From: Elusimicrobiota bacterium
GTDB taxonomy: Bacteria; Elusimicrobiota; Elusimicrobia; Elusimicrobiales; UBA9959
Assembly (NCBI GenBank): GCA_027340875.1
Contig: DAIENX010000007.1
Coordinates: 1 to 64,000 of the forward strand
DNA: 64,000 nucleotides
Reading direction: 5' to 3'
Shown here: positions 9,413 to 18,121 of the stretch, piece by piece
How the letters are laid out: each line of letters starts with the position of its first letter
Position numbering within the stretch: the stretch's first letter is position 1
The notes under the pieces: generated by a model
The model's input: only the letters and a program-made list of their open reading frames with translations
Told to the model about the DNA's origin: nothing
The model's database searches: none
Program-made: the position numbers and the translations under genes

Positions 9413-10134
9413 AACTTCTCCAGCTTAGCGGCCTCGGCCTGAGGCAGCCTGGCGGGATAGGACAGCTCCAGCCCCCTTTCGAACTTCCTGCTGCGGCTGA
9501 ATTTGAAAGATACAGGCCTGCTGTGCAGCACCGCGGTCAGTTTCCCCCTGCTGAACACCAGCAGGACCCTGAAGCCTGGGGAGGGGTCCTCCATCCAGCT
9601 TTCGTATATCCCGTACGACTCCACGCTCCCGTAACCGTTCCATTTCCTGTAACCGAACTTCCTGAGGTGGGCGGAAAGCGCCGTCTTGCGGGGAGCTCCT
9701 TTGGCCGCCGCGAGCTCGGCGGCGAGCGCCGCCTCCGCCACGGAGCCGGGCTCGATGTCGGCATCGCGCGCCAGCAGCGCCAGGTCGGCCTCTATCCTGG
9801 CCGTGCCGGGGGTCGGCTCGTAGACCGGGTAATCCTGGCTGAAATCCTCGAGGACCCTGCCTATCGCCTTGCCGCGCCCGTCGTAGAGCGCGGCGCCCTT
9901 CCGCACCACGCTGCCGGAAGAGTCGAACGACGGAGTGTCCAGGTAGACGGTGAAACCGGTCAGGCGGTACTCGCCGCCCGCTGCCGAGCGCACCGCTCCG
10001 ATGTCGGAGGATATCCTGACCACGCCCTTGCCTCCGGCCTCGTACCTGAGCAGGGCCCCCGCCTTCAGCGTTTCGGCGCGCAGAGGCGCCTGGAGGGACA
10101 GCAAGGCGCAGAAATAAATGATAAACCCAGTCAT
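9382..10134 (-). CDS. Secreted hypothetical protein
   Basis: Signal peptide; fills the gap between neighbours. Confidence 0.65.
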   Translation of the reverse strand: MTGFIIYFCALLSLQAPLRAETLKAGALLRYEAGGKGVVRISSDIGAVRSAAGGEYRLTGFTVYLDTPSFDSSGSVVRKGAALYDGRGKAIGRVLEDFSQDYPVYEPTPGTARIEADLALLARDADIEPGSVAEAALAAELAAAKGAPRKTALSAHLRKFGYRKWNGYGSVESYGIYESWMEDPSPGFRVLLVFSRGKLTAVLHSRPVSFKFSRSRKFERGLELSYPARLPQAEAAKLEKFYSSALTGAD

Positions 10135-10165
10135 ACTGCTGCTATCTTAACAAAAATGCGGTCCG

Positions 10166-10203
10166 GAAAAGGAAGAGCCCCCGGACAGGGCCGGGGGCTC
10201 TTC
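10166..10203 (-). terminator. Rho-independent terminator
   Basis: GAAGAGCCCCCGG/CCGGGGGCTCTTC stem with upstream A run. Confidence 0.75.
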
Positions 10204-10219
10204 GCGGCTTTCAGCGCCC

Positions 10220-10744
10220 TTACAGCAGCACTACCAGCAGCAGCACGGCCAGCGCCACCGCGCCGACTATGGCCCAGGTGGAGCCGGAGACCGGGTGATG
10301 TATCACGGGCTGCGTGGTCTCATGGCTGGGACCGGTCGGATACGGAGGATAATAACCGGGCGTGTACGGGTGGGTCGGATGGTAGGGGTCGTTGTCCCAG
10401 CCGGGGTGGTACGGATTATACGGGGGATAATAGGGCTGCGGGGGATACACTACGGGCGGCTGGGGATGCACGGGATGCTGCAAATGGGTCGGCTGGGGCT
10501 GCGGATGATGCTGCCCGTTATGGACGCCGTTGTCATGATGGGCGCTGCCGGGCTGCTGATACACGGCCGGCGGCGGCACATGCTGCGAGAACGGCTTGCC
10601 GGCTTCCACGCGGGCGCCGGAGAGGCTCTGGTTGGAAGCGGCGGAGACGCTCACTTGCTCCACCATGCCCAGCGTCGGCGAGACGGCCTGGGCCGAGACG
10701 GCGGCGGGGAACGCGGCCGCTAATATGGTTATGATTATCTTCAC
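10220..10744 (-). CDS. Surface protein with His/Pro/Tyr-rich low-complexity region and C-terminal TM anchor
   Basis: AAGGAGG RBS then GTG at 10744 (MKIIITILAAAFPAAVSA signal peptide); C-terminal hydrophobic helix. Confidence 0.8.
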   Translation of the reverse strand: MKIIITILAAAFPAAVSAQAVSPTLGMVEQVSVSAASNQSLSGARVEAGKPFSQHVPPPAVYQQPGSAHHDNGVHNGQHHPQPQPTHLQHPVHPQPPVVYPPQPYYPPYNPYHPGWDNDPYHPTHPYTPGYYPPYPTGPSHETTQPVIHHPVSGSTWAIVGAVALAVLLLVVLL

Positions 10745-10787
10745 TATATCCTCCTTAAATTCACTTCTTCCTAGGCTATATCGTGAC

Positions 10788-10863
10788 ATTTTACCCGCCC
10801 GCCTTTGATGAGCCGAATGGGGAAACGGACCGAAGTTTTTTGGCCTACGCCCCGCGTGGGCCC
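10788..10863 (-). promoter_or_regulatory. Shared upstream motif, copy C, with TAAAAT -10 box
   Basis: Minus strand reads GGGCCCA-N9-TAGGCCA-AAAAACT-N21-CTCAT-N14-TAAAAT. Confidence 0.55.
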
Positions 10864-10901
10864 GCGGCCACCGCGCCGCGGGCCCGGGCCGCGCCGGTTC
10901 C

Positions 10902-10931
10902 TTGACAATACGACGGCGAAAGACATTTAAT
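10902..10931 (+). promoter_or_regulatory. Putative sigma70 promoter of ygeW
   Basis: TTGACA-18nt-TTTAAT. Confidence 0.5.
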
Positions 10932-10979
10932 GAGATGGCCGCGCAAAGCGGCCCAGAACGGATCGCCATGGAGATGAAA

Positions 10980-12194
10980 ATGCCCACAGGGACGCAAACC
11001 AAGAACACTACAGACCTCAGGACGGCCATAGCCGGGCTCGAAAAGCTGGGCGCCGACCTTTACCACAAGGACTTCCTGCTGACCTGGCAGAAATCCGACG
11101 CCGAGATACACGCGGTCCTGAAGATCGCCGAGATACTCAAGGAGATGCACGCGCAGAACATCAGCGCGCGCATGTTCGAGACCGGCCTCGCCGTCTCCAA
11201 CTTCCGCGACAACTCCACCCGCACGCGCTTCTCGTTCGCCAGCGCCTGCAACCTGCTGGGCCTCGCCGTGCAGGACCTCGACGAGGGCAAGAGCCAGATC
11301 GCCCACGGCGAGACCGTGCGCGAGACCGCCAACATGATCTCGTTCCTGACCGAGGCCGTCGGCATCCGCGACGACATGTTCATCGGCAAGGGCCACACCT
11401 ATATGAAGGAAGTGGCCGAGGCCCTCGACGACGGTTTCAAGCAGGGAGTGCTGAACCAACGCCCGGCCGTGGTCAACCTCCAGTGCGACCTGGACCACCC
11501 GACGCAGAGCATGTCCGACCTGCTGTTCATCAAGAACCACTTCGGCGGCTTCGAGAACCTCAAAGGCAAGAAGATCGCCATGACCTGGGCCTATTCCCCC
11601 AGCTACGGCAAGCCGCTCTCCGTGCCGCAGGGCGTCATAACCCTGATGAGCCGCTTCGGCATGGAAGTGGAGCTCGCCTACCCCGAGGGCTACGACCTGC
11701 TGCCAGACACGATCGAGGTGGCCAAGAAGCACGCCAAGAAGTCCGGCGGCTCGTTCAAGGTCTCCAACAGCATGGAGAGCGCCTTCAAGAACGCCGACAT
11801 CGTCTACCCGAAGAGCTGGGCTCCGTTCAAGGTGATGGAGCGCCGCACCGCGCTGCTCGAAGGTGGCGACCAGGCCGGCCTGAAGGCCCTCGAGAAGGAG
11901 TGCCTCGAGAACAACGCCAAGTTCAAGAGCTGGGAGTGCGACGAGGCCAGGATGAAGCTGACGAAGGGCGGCAAGGCTACCTACATGCACTGTCTGCCCG
12001 CCGACATCACCGACGTCAGCTGCAAGGCCGGCGAGGTGAGCGCGAAGGTCTTCGAAGGCGCCCGCATAGGCACCTACAAGGAAGCCGGCTACAAACCCTT
12101 CGTCATCGCCGCCATGATAGCGGCCTGCACGAAGAAGAACCCGGCCAAACTGCTGGCCGAGCTCGTGAAGGCCGACCAGAAGCGCGTGCTGTAA
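10980..12194 (+). CDS. ygeW: Knotted carbamoyltransferase YgeW
   Basis: FRDNSTRTRFS, HGETVRETANMISF, NLQCDLDHPTQ, WAYSPSYGKPLSVPQG, HCLPADI; start chosen after GGAG. Confidence 0.93.
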   Translation: MPTGTQTKNTTDLRTAIAGLEKLGADLYHKDFLLTWQKSDAEIHAVLKIAEILKEMHAQNISARMFETGLAVSNFRDNSTRTRFSFASACNLLGLAVQDLDEGKSQIAHGETVRETANMISFLTEAVGIRDDMFIGKGHTYMKEVAEALDDGFKQGVLNQRPAVVNLQCDLDHPTQSMSDLLFIKNHFGGFENLKGKKIAMTWAYSPSYGKPLSVPQGVITLMSRFGMEVELAYPEGYDLLPDTIEVAKKHAKKSGGSFKVSNSMESAFKNADIVYPKSWAPFKVMERRTALLEGGDQAGLKALEKECLENNAKFKSWECDEARMKLTKGGKATYMHCLPADITDVSCKAGEVSAKVFEGARIGTYKEAGYKPFVIAAMIAACTKKNPAKLLAELVKADQKRVL

Positions 12195-12212
12195 TACAGG
12201 CCGCCGCCTAAA

Positions 12213-12247
12213 GAAGAAGGACGGGCACAGGCCCGTCCTTCTTCTTT
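12213..12247. terminator. Bidirectional terminator between convergent genes
   Basis: GAAGAAGGACGGGC/GCCCGTCCTTCTTC stem with A and T runs. Confidence 0.8.
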
Positions 12248-13709
12248 ATCCGGCTTTCGGAAGCAGCCGGCCGGCTATATGTTCAGGGAAGGCCGGCAGT
12301 ATCTCCCTAAGGAAACGTCCGAGCCCCACCAGGACCAGGCCGCAGAAAAGGCAGTCCTCGGGAGTGTTCCTGAGCAGACGTATATACCCGCCGCCCGCCT
12401 CTACATACCCGAGAGCCGCCAGTTCCCGCAAAGGGTCGGAAAATTCGGCCAGCGGGTCCAGGCCGAAGCTCTGCCGGAACTGCGCTATCATCACCGGAGC
12501 GCCGCTCCTGAAAGAGACGAACAGGTGCTTGAGCATCTCGTCGCGCAGATCGATGGCTCCGCCCGAGAACATCTTGCTTCCGGAGTCGAACCGGCGCGGG
12601 ACGCGCAGGCTCTGCGCATAGCCGAAGTCGCCGTAAAGCACCGACCTGGCCCCGCTGCCTATGCCCAGCGTGGAGAAAGAGGCCTGGGAGAAGCCGCTCG
12701 AATACGTGTAATATTCGAAATACTTGGCCGCCTTGTCCTTCCGGCAGAACAGCCACTCCCGGGTCTGGACGCGGCGCAGCAGCACGTAGCCGCCGGCTTC
12801 GGCCAGCTCCAGCATCCTCTTTTCCGTCTTCCCGCGGAATTTCTCCAGGTGGCGGTAGATAGCTGCGGTATCCCCGCCGTAGAATTTCTTCACGTAGATC
12901 GCGGTAGGGCTGAGGCCGTATACGGTCACGGTCTCGGGGCCGCGCCCGAGCGTTCTTGAAAAGGACCGGAGGAAGCCGGCCGCGCTTTCCCCGTGCAGGC
13001 CCATTATCAGGTCGACGTTCATCCCGAAGGCGAAACCGGCGGAGCCGATCCGGTCCATGAACTCGATGGCGGCGCCGGTCTTCTGCGGCCGGTTGATCGC
13101 CGCGCTCACCTTTTCGTCCAGGGTCTGCACGCCCATCGTGATCTTGTTCAGCCCGTGGGCCCGCGCGATGTCGATCTTTTCGCGGCTCATCGTGGACGGG
13201 GCGCACTCCATCACCTTCTGCCCGTCCTCGGCGAACGAGAAGGAGGAGAATATGCCGTCCAGCAGCGCCGACAGCCCGGAGGCGTCCGGATAGCTGGGGG
13301 TGCCGCCGATGAAGAGGTGCCTCACCTTCAGCCCGCGGAAGGCCCCGCCGAAATAGCGCAGCTCCTCCGCTGTCGCTTTCAGGTAGTCCTTCACCTCCTC
13401 CGGCGACGCTCCGGTCTTGTTGTAGAACTCGCAGAAATCGCAGCGCGTGCTGCAGAACGGCACGCTCACGTAAAGATTTACGAAATGACCGGCGTAAGCG
13501 GCCGCGCGCCGGCGCAGGAAGAGCTTCCAGCGTTCCCTGGCTTCCCGCGCGGAGAGCGGGACCTCTTTCCTCTCGCTGGACATCTTGTAATAGAGGTCGG
13601 CCAGGTCGAAGCTGTTGGCGCACAGCACGGCGGCCGTGCGGCGCAGCAGGGCCAGGCCGGCCAGACGCCTTTTGTCCCCGGAGACGCCGCGCGGCTTTCC
13701 TGCGCCCAT
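12246..13709 (-). CDS. HemN-like (class C-type) radical SAM protein
   Basis: YVSVPFCSTRCDFC, GGTPS, MGVQTL, NVDLIMGL, LGIGSGARS. Confidence 0.88.
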   Translation of the reverse strand: MGAGKPRGVSGDKRRLAGLALLRRTAAVLCANSFDLADLYYKMSSERKEVPLSAREARERWKLFLRRRAAAYAGHFVNLYVSVPFCSTRCDFCEFYNKTGASPEEVKDYLKATAEELRYFGGAFRGLKVRHLFIGGTPSYPDASGLSALLDGIFSSFSFAEDGQKVMECAPSTMSREKIDIARAHGLNKITMGVQTLDEKVSAAINRPQKTGAAIEFMDRIGSAGFAFGMNVDLIMGLHGESAAGFLRSFSRTLGRGPETVTVYGLSPTAIYVKKFYGGDTAAIYRHLEKFRGKTEKRMLELAEAGGYVLLRRVQTREWLFCRKDKAAKYFEYYTYSSGFSQASFSTLGIGSGARSVLYGDFGYAQSLRVPRRFDSGSKMFSGGAIDLRDEMLKHLFVSFRSGAPVMIAQFRQSFGLDPLAEFSDPLRELAALGYVEAGGGYIRLLRNTPEDCLFCGLVLVGLGRFLREILPAFPEHIAGRLLPKAG

Positions 13710-15121
13710 CAGCGCGCCCCCCCTCCGAGACCGGAGATATCCGGAGCGCTCCGGCCGGAGGCGCTCCTGATCAGGAACATGATGATCAGGAAACGCGCCT
13801 TCTTGGTCCAGTAGTTCAGGTGCAGGTCCCCGTCCTTTATAGTTATGGCGCCGGCTTTGGACAGCGCGGCGAGCGGCTTCCTGAACACCTCGAGGTAGTC
13901 CTCGGCGAAGGCCCTGCGCATATAGTCGCCGGGCACCATGTTGTTGTGCTTGTCCAGGGAGAACACCATGTGCCAGAGCATCTCGTACTTCAGGCCGTGC
14001 CTGGAGAAGACCATCTTCTTCCCGTCCGGAGAGAAGCCGCCGCGCAGCGAATGCTCCGCGTGGTACAGCCCGTAGCCGAAGATGTTGGACTTAGCGCTGG
14101 GCCCCAGTCCCAGCACCGAATAGGCGTGCACGTTGTCTATCGTGTAGCCTCCGGTGGGCTCCTTCTCGAACTCCTTTATGTAGCGGGGAGTGAGCATCGT
14201 GTAGACGCGGTTCTCGTAGTGGGAAGGGTCGTAATCCGGGAAGATGAAGCCGTGCCTGTCCGCCAGCCTCTTCAGCCCCGGAAGCACGGCCCTGGCGAAC
14301 CTGTTTATATCGTCCACGCACCGCGCATTGTCGTCCCCGTAGAAGTCGCGCAGGTAGTCCGGCTGCGGCACCAGCCTGTGCACGCTGATGCTGCCAGGCC
14401 CCAGCTTCATCACGCGGTCGGCCGTGTCCAGGAACGCCGCTGGCGTGTCCTTGGTCAGGCCGAGCAGCAGGTCGATGTTCAGCATCGGGATGCCGGAGCG
14501 CTTGAGCCGGCCCTGCAGCGCGACAATGTCCCGCCACGTCTGGCAGTCCCTGTTCACCCGGCTCAGCGTCCTCCTGTTGAGCGTCTGCACCCCGAAGCTG
14601 ACGCGGTTCAGGCCGTGTTTCTTTATCACGGCCAGGTGCCGCGGCGTCATGTTGAGGGGATGGCATTCCAGCCCCCGCTCTCCGGTAGGTCCGAACTTGA
14701 ACAGCGAGAAGACGCCGGACAGCACGCGGTCCAGCTGCTCCGGGGAAAGCGTGCTGGGGGTCCCGCCTCCCACGTATAGGTGGGTCACCTTCACCCCCTT
14801 CAGCGCCGGCGCCATGAAGGCCATCTCCGCTAGGAGGTCGCGCAGGAAGCGTTCCACGCTTTCCGGTCCGCCCGGTTCTTCGGAGAAGTACATGCAGTAC
14901 TTGCAGCGGTGCGCGCAGAAAGGCACATGCACGTAGATACTGAGCAGCTCCTGCTTGCGGCCGGTCTTTATGTCCGCGGCCAGACCGGACCACAGGGCGC
15001 GGACCTGCCTCGGGCTAAGCAGGGATTTCGGCGCGCGGTAATGCAGCATCGCCGTGTCCAGGCTCTCGTAGAAGTCCGGGGCTATCCTTTCCGGACCCGT
15101 TTTTCCGCTGCGTTCGGTCAT
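13709..15121 (-). CDS. HemN-like radical SAM protein
   Basis: YVHVPFCAHRCKYC, GGGTPS, RVSFGVQ, NIDLLLGL, LGLGPSAKS. Confidence 0.88.
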   Translation of the reverse strand: MTERSGKTGPERIAPDFYESLDTAMLHYRAPKSLLSPRQVRALWSGLAADIKTGRKQELLSIYVHVPFCAHRCKYCMYFSEEPGGPESVERFLRDLLAEMAFMAPALKGVKVTHLYVGGGTPSTLSPEQLDRVLSGVFSLFKFGPTGERGLECHPLNMTPRHLAVIKKHGLNRVSFGVQTLNRRTLSRVNRDCQTWRDIVALQGRLKRSGIPMLNIDLLLGLTKDTPAAFLDTADRVMKLGPGSISVHRLVPQPDYLRDFYGDDNARCVDDINRFARAVLPGLKRLADRHGFIFPDYDPSHYENRVYTMLTPRYIKEFEKEPTGGYTIDNVHAYSVLGLGPSAKSNIFGYGLYHAEHSLRGGFSPDGKKMVFSRHGLKYEMLWHMVFSLDKHNNMVPGDYMRRAFAEDYLEVFRKPLAALSKAGAITIKDGDLHLNYWTKKARFLIIMFLIRSASGRSAPDISGLGGGAR

Positions 15122-15188
15122 AATCCTGGAGCGGCCCCTCGGCCGCCTTTCTATGATACAAAAACGGGACGCGTTTTCGGCCGGCAGG

Positions 15189-15219
15189 AAAAGGAAAGCC
15201 CCGCCGGAGCGGGGCTTTC
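15189..15219 (-). terminator. Rho-independent terminator after ygeY
   Basis: GAAAGCCCCGC/GCGGGGCTTTC stem. Confidence 0.7.
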
Positions 15220-15240
15220 GGTCTTAACGCCGCCGGGCGC

Positions 15241-16431
15241 TTACAGGTACTGCGGCAGCGCGGCGTAGAACGCGGCGGCCTTCACCAGGTCCGCCGCGGG
15301 CATGAACTCATTGACGGTGTGCGCGTACACCTCGTTGCCGGGGCCGAAGCCGATCGTAGGTATCTTCAGGCGGCCGGCCGAGGCCACGCCGTTCGTGGAG
15401 AACACCCACTTGTCGACCACGGGGTTCTTGCCGAGGGCGACCTTGCCCGCCAGCTCGCCGGCCTTCACCAGCTTGTGCTCGCGCGGCAGCACCCAGGTGG
15501 GGAAGTACTTCTCCTGGTCCACCTTGGCGCCGGTCCAGGCGACGGCGTTGTACCACAGCACCTCGACCCTGGCCTTGGCCTTCTTCACGGCGGGCAGCTT
15601 GTTGATCTCGGCGACCGAGCTCTTCAGCGTCTCGCCCACGGTAAGGCGGCGGTCCAGGTAGATCGTGCACTCGTCGGGCACGGCGTTGAGGGACGGGGTC
15701 TTGCACTCTATCGAGGTCACGGCCACGGTGCCCTTGCCGATGAACTTGTCGTTCTTGAGGCGCTTGTTGAGGGCGGTGATCTCGTTGATGATGCCGGTCA
15801 TCTTCACCACGGCGTTGTCGCCGCGCTCCGGGGCGCTGGCGTGGCAGCTGCGGCCCTTCGTGACGACCTTCATCTCCATGCGGCCGCGGTGGCCGCGGTA
15901 GACCTTCAGGTCGGTGGGCTCGGTGATCACTACGAAGTCCGGCCTGATCTTCTCTTTGTTGACGATGTGGAGGATCGGCAGGCCGTCGCAGTCCTCCTCC
16001 ATCACGGAGCCGACCACGATCAGCGTGTAGTCGCCCTCGAGCTTCAGGTCCTTTATGATCTTACCCGCGTAGACCATCGAGGCCATCGACAGCTTCTGGT
16101 CGGTGGCGCCGCGGCCGTAGATCGTGTCGTTCTTGTAGATGCCCGCGAACGGGTCTATCTTCCAGGCCTTCGGGTCGCCTATACCGACGGTGTCGATGTG
16201 GGCGTCCATCATGATCTTCTTCCTGCCGTGGCCGATGAAGCCGATCACGTTGCCGATCTTGTCGACCTTCACCTTGTCGAAGCCGACCTTGAGCATCTCC
16301 TTCTTTATCAGGGCGACGAGCTTGCCCTCCTGGCACGAGAAACTGGGGGTCCGGATGATGTTGCGCGCGAAGGCCACGATGTCCTTCTTGTACTTGTCCG
16401 CGGCCTTGCGTATCAGTTCTGCCTTGTTCAT
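15241..16431 (-). CDS. ygeY: YgeY-family M20 metallo-hydrolase
   Basis: DAHIDTVG, GRGATDQK, EEDCDG, GHRGRME, GRSCHASAPERGDNA, WVFSTNGV. Confidence 0.92.
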   Translation of the reverse strand: MNKAELIRKAADKYKKDIVAFARNIIRTPSFSCQEGKLVALIKKEMLKVGFDKVKVDKIGNVIGFIGHGRKKIMMDAHIDTVGIGDPKAWKIDPFAGIYKNDTIYGRGATDQKLSMASMVYAGKIIKDLKLEGDYTLIVVGSVMEEDCDGLPILHIVNKEKIRPDFVVITEPTDLKVYRGHRGRMEMKVVTKGRSCHASAPERGDNAVVKMTGIINEITALNKRLKNDKFIGKGTVAVTSIECKTPSLNAVPDECTIYLDRRLTVGETLKSSVAEINKLPAVKKAKARVEVLWYNAVAWTGAKVDQEKYFPTWVLPREHKLVKAGELAGKVALGKNPVVDKWVFSTNGVASAGRLKIPTIGFGPGNEVYAHTVNEFMPAADLVKAAAFYAALPQYL

Positions 16432-16614
16432 TTTATCTCCTTGGGGCGGCCGGCGCCTGGCGGCGGCGCGGCGGCGTTACGCCCATATTCTATTCAATAG
16501 CCGCGGACCTTGTAAACTTGCCTTGCGCTTGCAGGCCCCGGGGAAAATAGATACAGTCTAGTTGCCCGCGGTCCGGGCCGGGAACTCCGTTCCCCCGCCG
16601 GGCCGCCTCCCGAT

Positions 16615-18114
16615 ATGACCCGAACTAGAACCACCGGAACGGCCAGAGCGGCGCGCCTGCTGCTGATGGGCAGAACGGCGCGCCTGCTCTCCGAGAACGG
16701 GTTCGACCTCTGCGACCTGTACTACCGCATGGCCAGCAAGAAGGGCGCGGAGCGCTTTTCCTCCGAGAGAGCGGCGGCCCTCTGGGAGGAGTTCCTGCGC
16801 ACCCGCCACCGCGCCGCCGGCGGGCTTACCAACGTCTACGTGAACGTCCCTTTCTGCAAGACCCGCTGCAGTTTCTGCGGTCTTTACACCCGGCCCGGCG
16901 CGGGCCGGCGGGAGATGGAGAGCTACACCTCGGCCCTGATAAGCGAGATAGAGCGCTTCGGCCGCGCGTTCCGCGGCGTGAAGGTGAACCATCTTTACGT
17001 CGGCGGGACTCCCAGCAGGCTGGACGACGCGGCCTTCGAACGCCTGCTCGGCGCCATCTTCTCCGGCTTCAGCTTCACTCCGGAAGGCAACCGCATACTC
17101 GAATGCGCGCCCAGCAGCATGACCGTGGAGAAACTGCGCGCCGCCGCGGACCGCGGCTTCAACAAGATAAACATAGGCGTGCAGACCCTCGACGAGAAGG
17201 TGCTGAAGGCCATAGACCGCCCGCAGGACCGCGCCGCCGTGCTGCGCCTGGTCGGGAGCGTGAACTCCCTCGGCCTGAAGTTCGGCTGCAACGTCGACCT
17301 GATAATGGGCCTCTACGGCGAGACGGCCGGGGGCTTCCTGGACTCCTTCCGCGCGATGGTGAAAAGCTCCCCGCAGACCATCTCGGTCTACGACCTCTAC
17401 CTGATACCCAGCTACGTGGACAGGTATTACGGCGGCGACCACGGAGCGGCCGAGGCCGCGCTGGCGCGCGTCCGCGCCGAGGCGGAAGGGCCGATGAGGA
17501 AGATGGCGGCCGAGGCCGGCTACGTCCTGACCTGCCGCAACAACTCCAGGGAATGGGTGTTCAGCCGCCGGGAGAGCCTGAAGAACTACTCGCTTTACAC
17601 CATCTATACCGGGGAATTCTCCCCCGCGCCGTTCTCCACGCTGGGCCTGGGGGCCGCGGCCAGGTCGCTGATGTACGGCTACTACAGCTATATGCAGGAC
17701 GCCGGGACGATGCGGGACTTCTCCCCGGCCGCCCCGATCTTCTCGGGCACGCCGGTCAGCATGGACGGCGAGATGATAAAGTTCCTGTTCGTCTGTTTCA
17801 GGACCGGGGTTCCGGTCTCGCTGGACTATTTCAGGAAGCGCTTCAAGACTGACCTGCTGAAGAGGTTCAAGGCCCCGCTGGCGGAGCTGGCCGGGCTCGG
17901 CTACCTTAAGATGACCGGCAGAAAGGTGGAGCTGACCTGCTCCACCCCCGCCAGCCTCGTCTTCTGCGGCCTGTGCCTGATCGGCATGGAGAGGTTCGTC
18001 CGCGAGGCCCTGCCCTTCTTCCCTGAGAACATCCGCAGTTCTTTCGCCGGCGCCGCGGCGGGGCGCCCGGAGCGTAGCCACCCGCCGGTCAGGCACCGCA
18101 ACAGCAGGCTCTGA
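16615..18114 (+). CDS. HemN-like radical SAM protein, paralog of 12246-13709
   Basis: YVNVPFCKTRCSFC, GGTPS, ECAPSSM, GVQTLDEKV, NVDLIMGL. Confidence 0.88.
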   Translation: MTRTRTTGTARAARLLLMGRTARLLSENGFDLCDLYYRMASKKGAERFSSERAAALWEEFLRTRHRAAGGLTNVYVNVPFCKTRCSFCGLYTRPGAGRREMESYTSALISEIERFGRAFRGVKVNHLYVGGTPSRLDDAAFERLLGAIFSGFSFTPEGNRILECAPSSMTVEKLRAAADRGFNKINIGVQTLDEKVLKAIDRPQDRAAVLRLVGSVNSLGLKFGCNVDLIMGLYGETAGGFLDSFRAMVKSSPQTISVYDLYLIPSYVDRYYGGDHGAAEAALARVRAEAEGPMRKMAAEAGYVLTCRNNSREWVFSRRESLKNYSLYTIYTGEFSPAPFSTLGLGAAARSLMYGYYSYMQDAGTMRDFSPAAPIFSGTPVSMDGEMIKFLFVCFRTGVPVSLDYFRKRFKTDLLKRFKAPLAELAGLGYLKMTGRKVELTCSTPASLVFCGLCLIGMERFVREALPFFPENIRSSFAGAAAGRPERSHPPVRHRNSRL

Positions 18115-18121
18115 TCCGCTC

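Noticed and set aside
12246..18114. Heme biosynthesis hemN assignment
   Set aside because: Three divergent copies, altered motifs and no hem gene context
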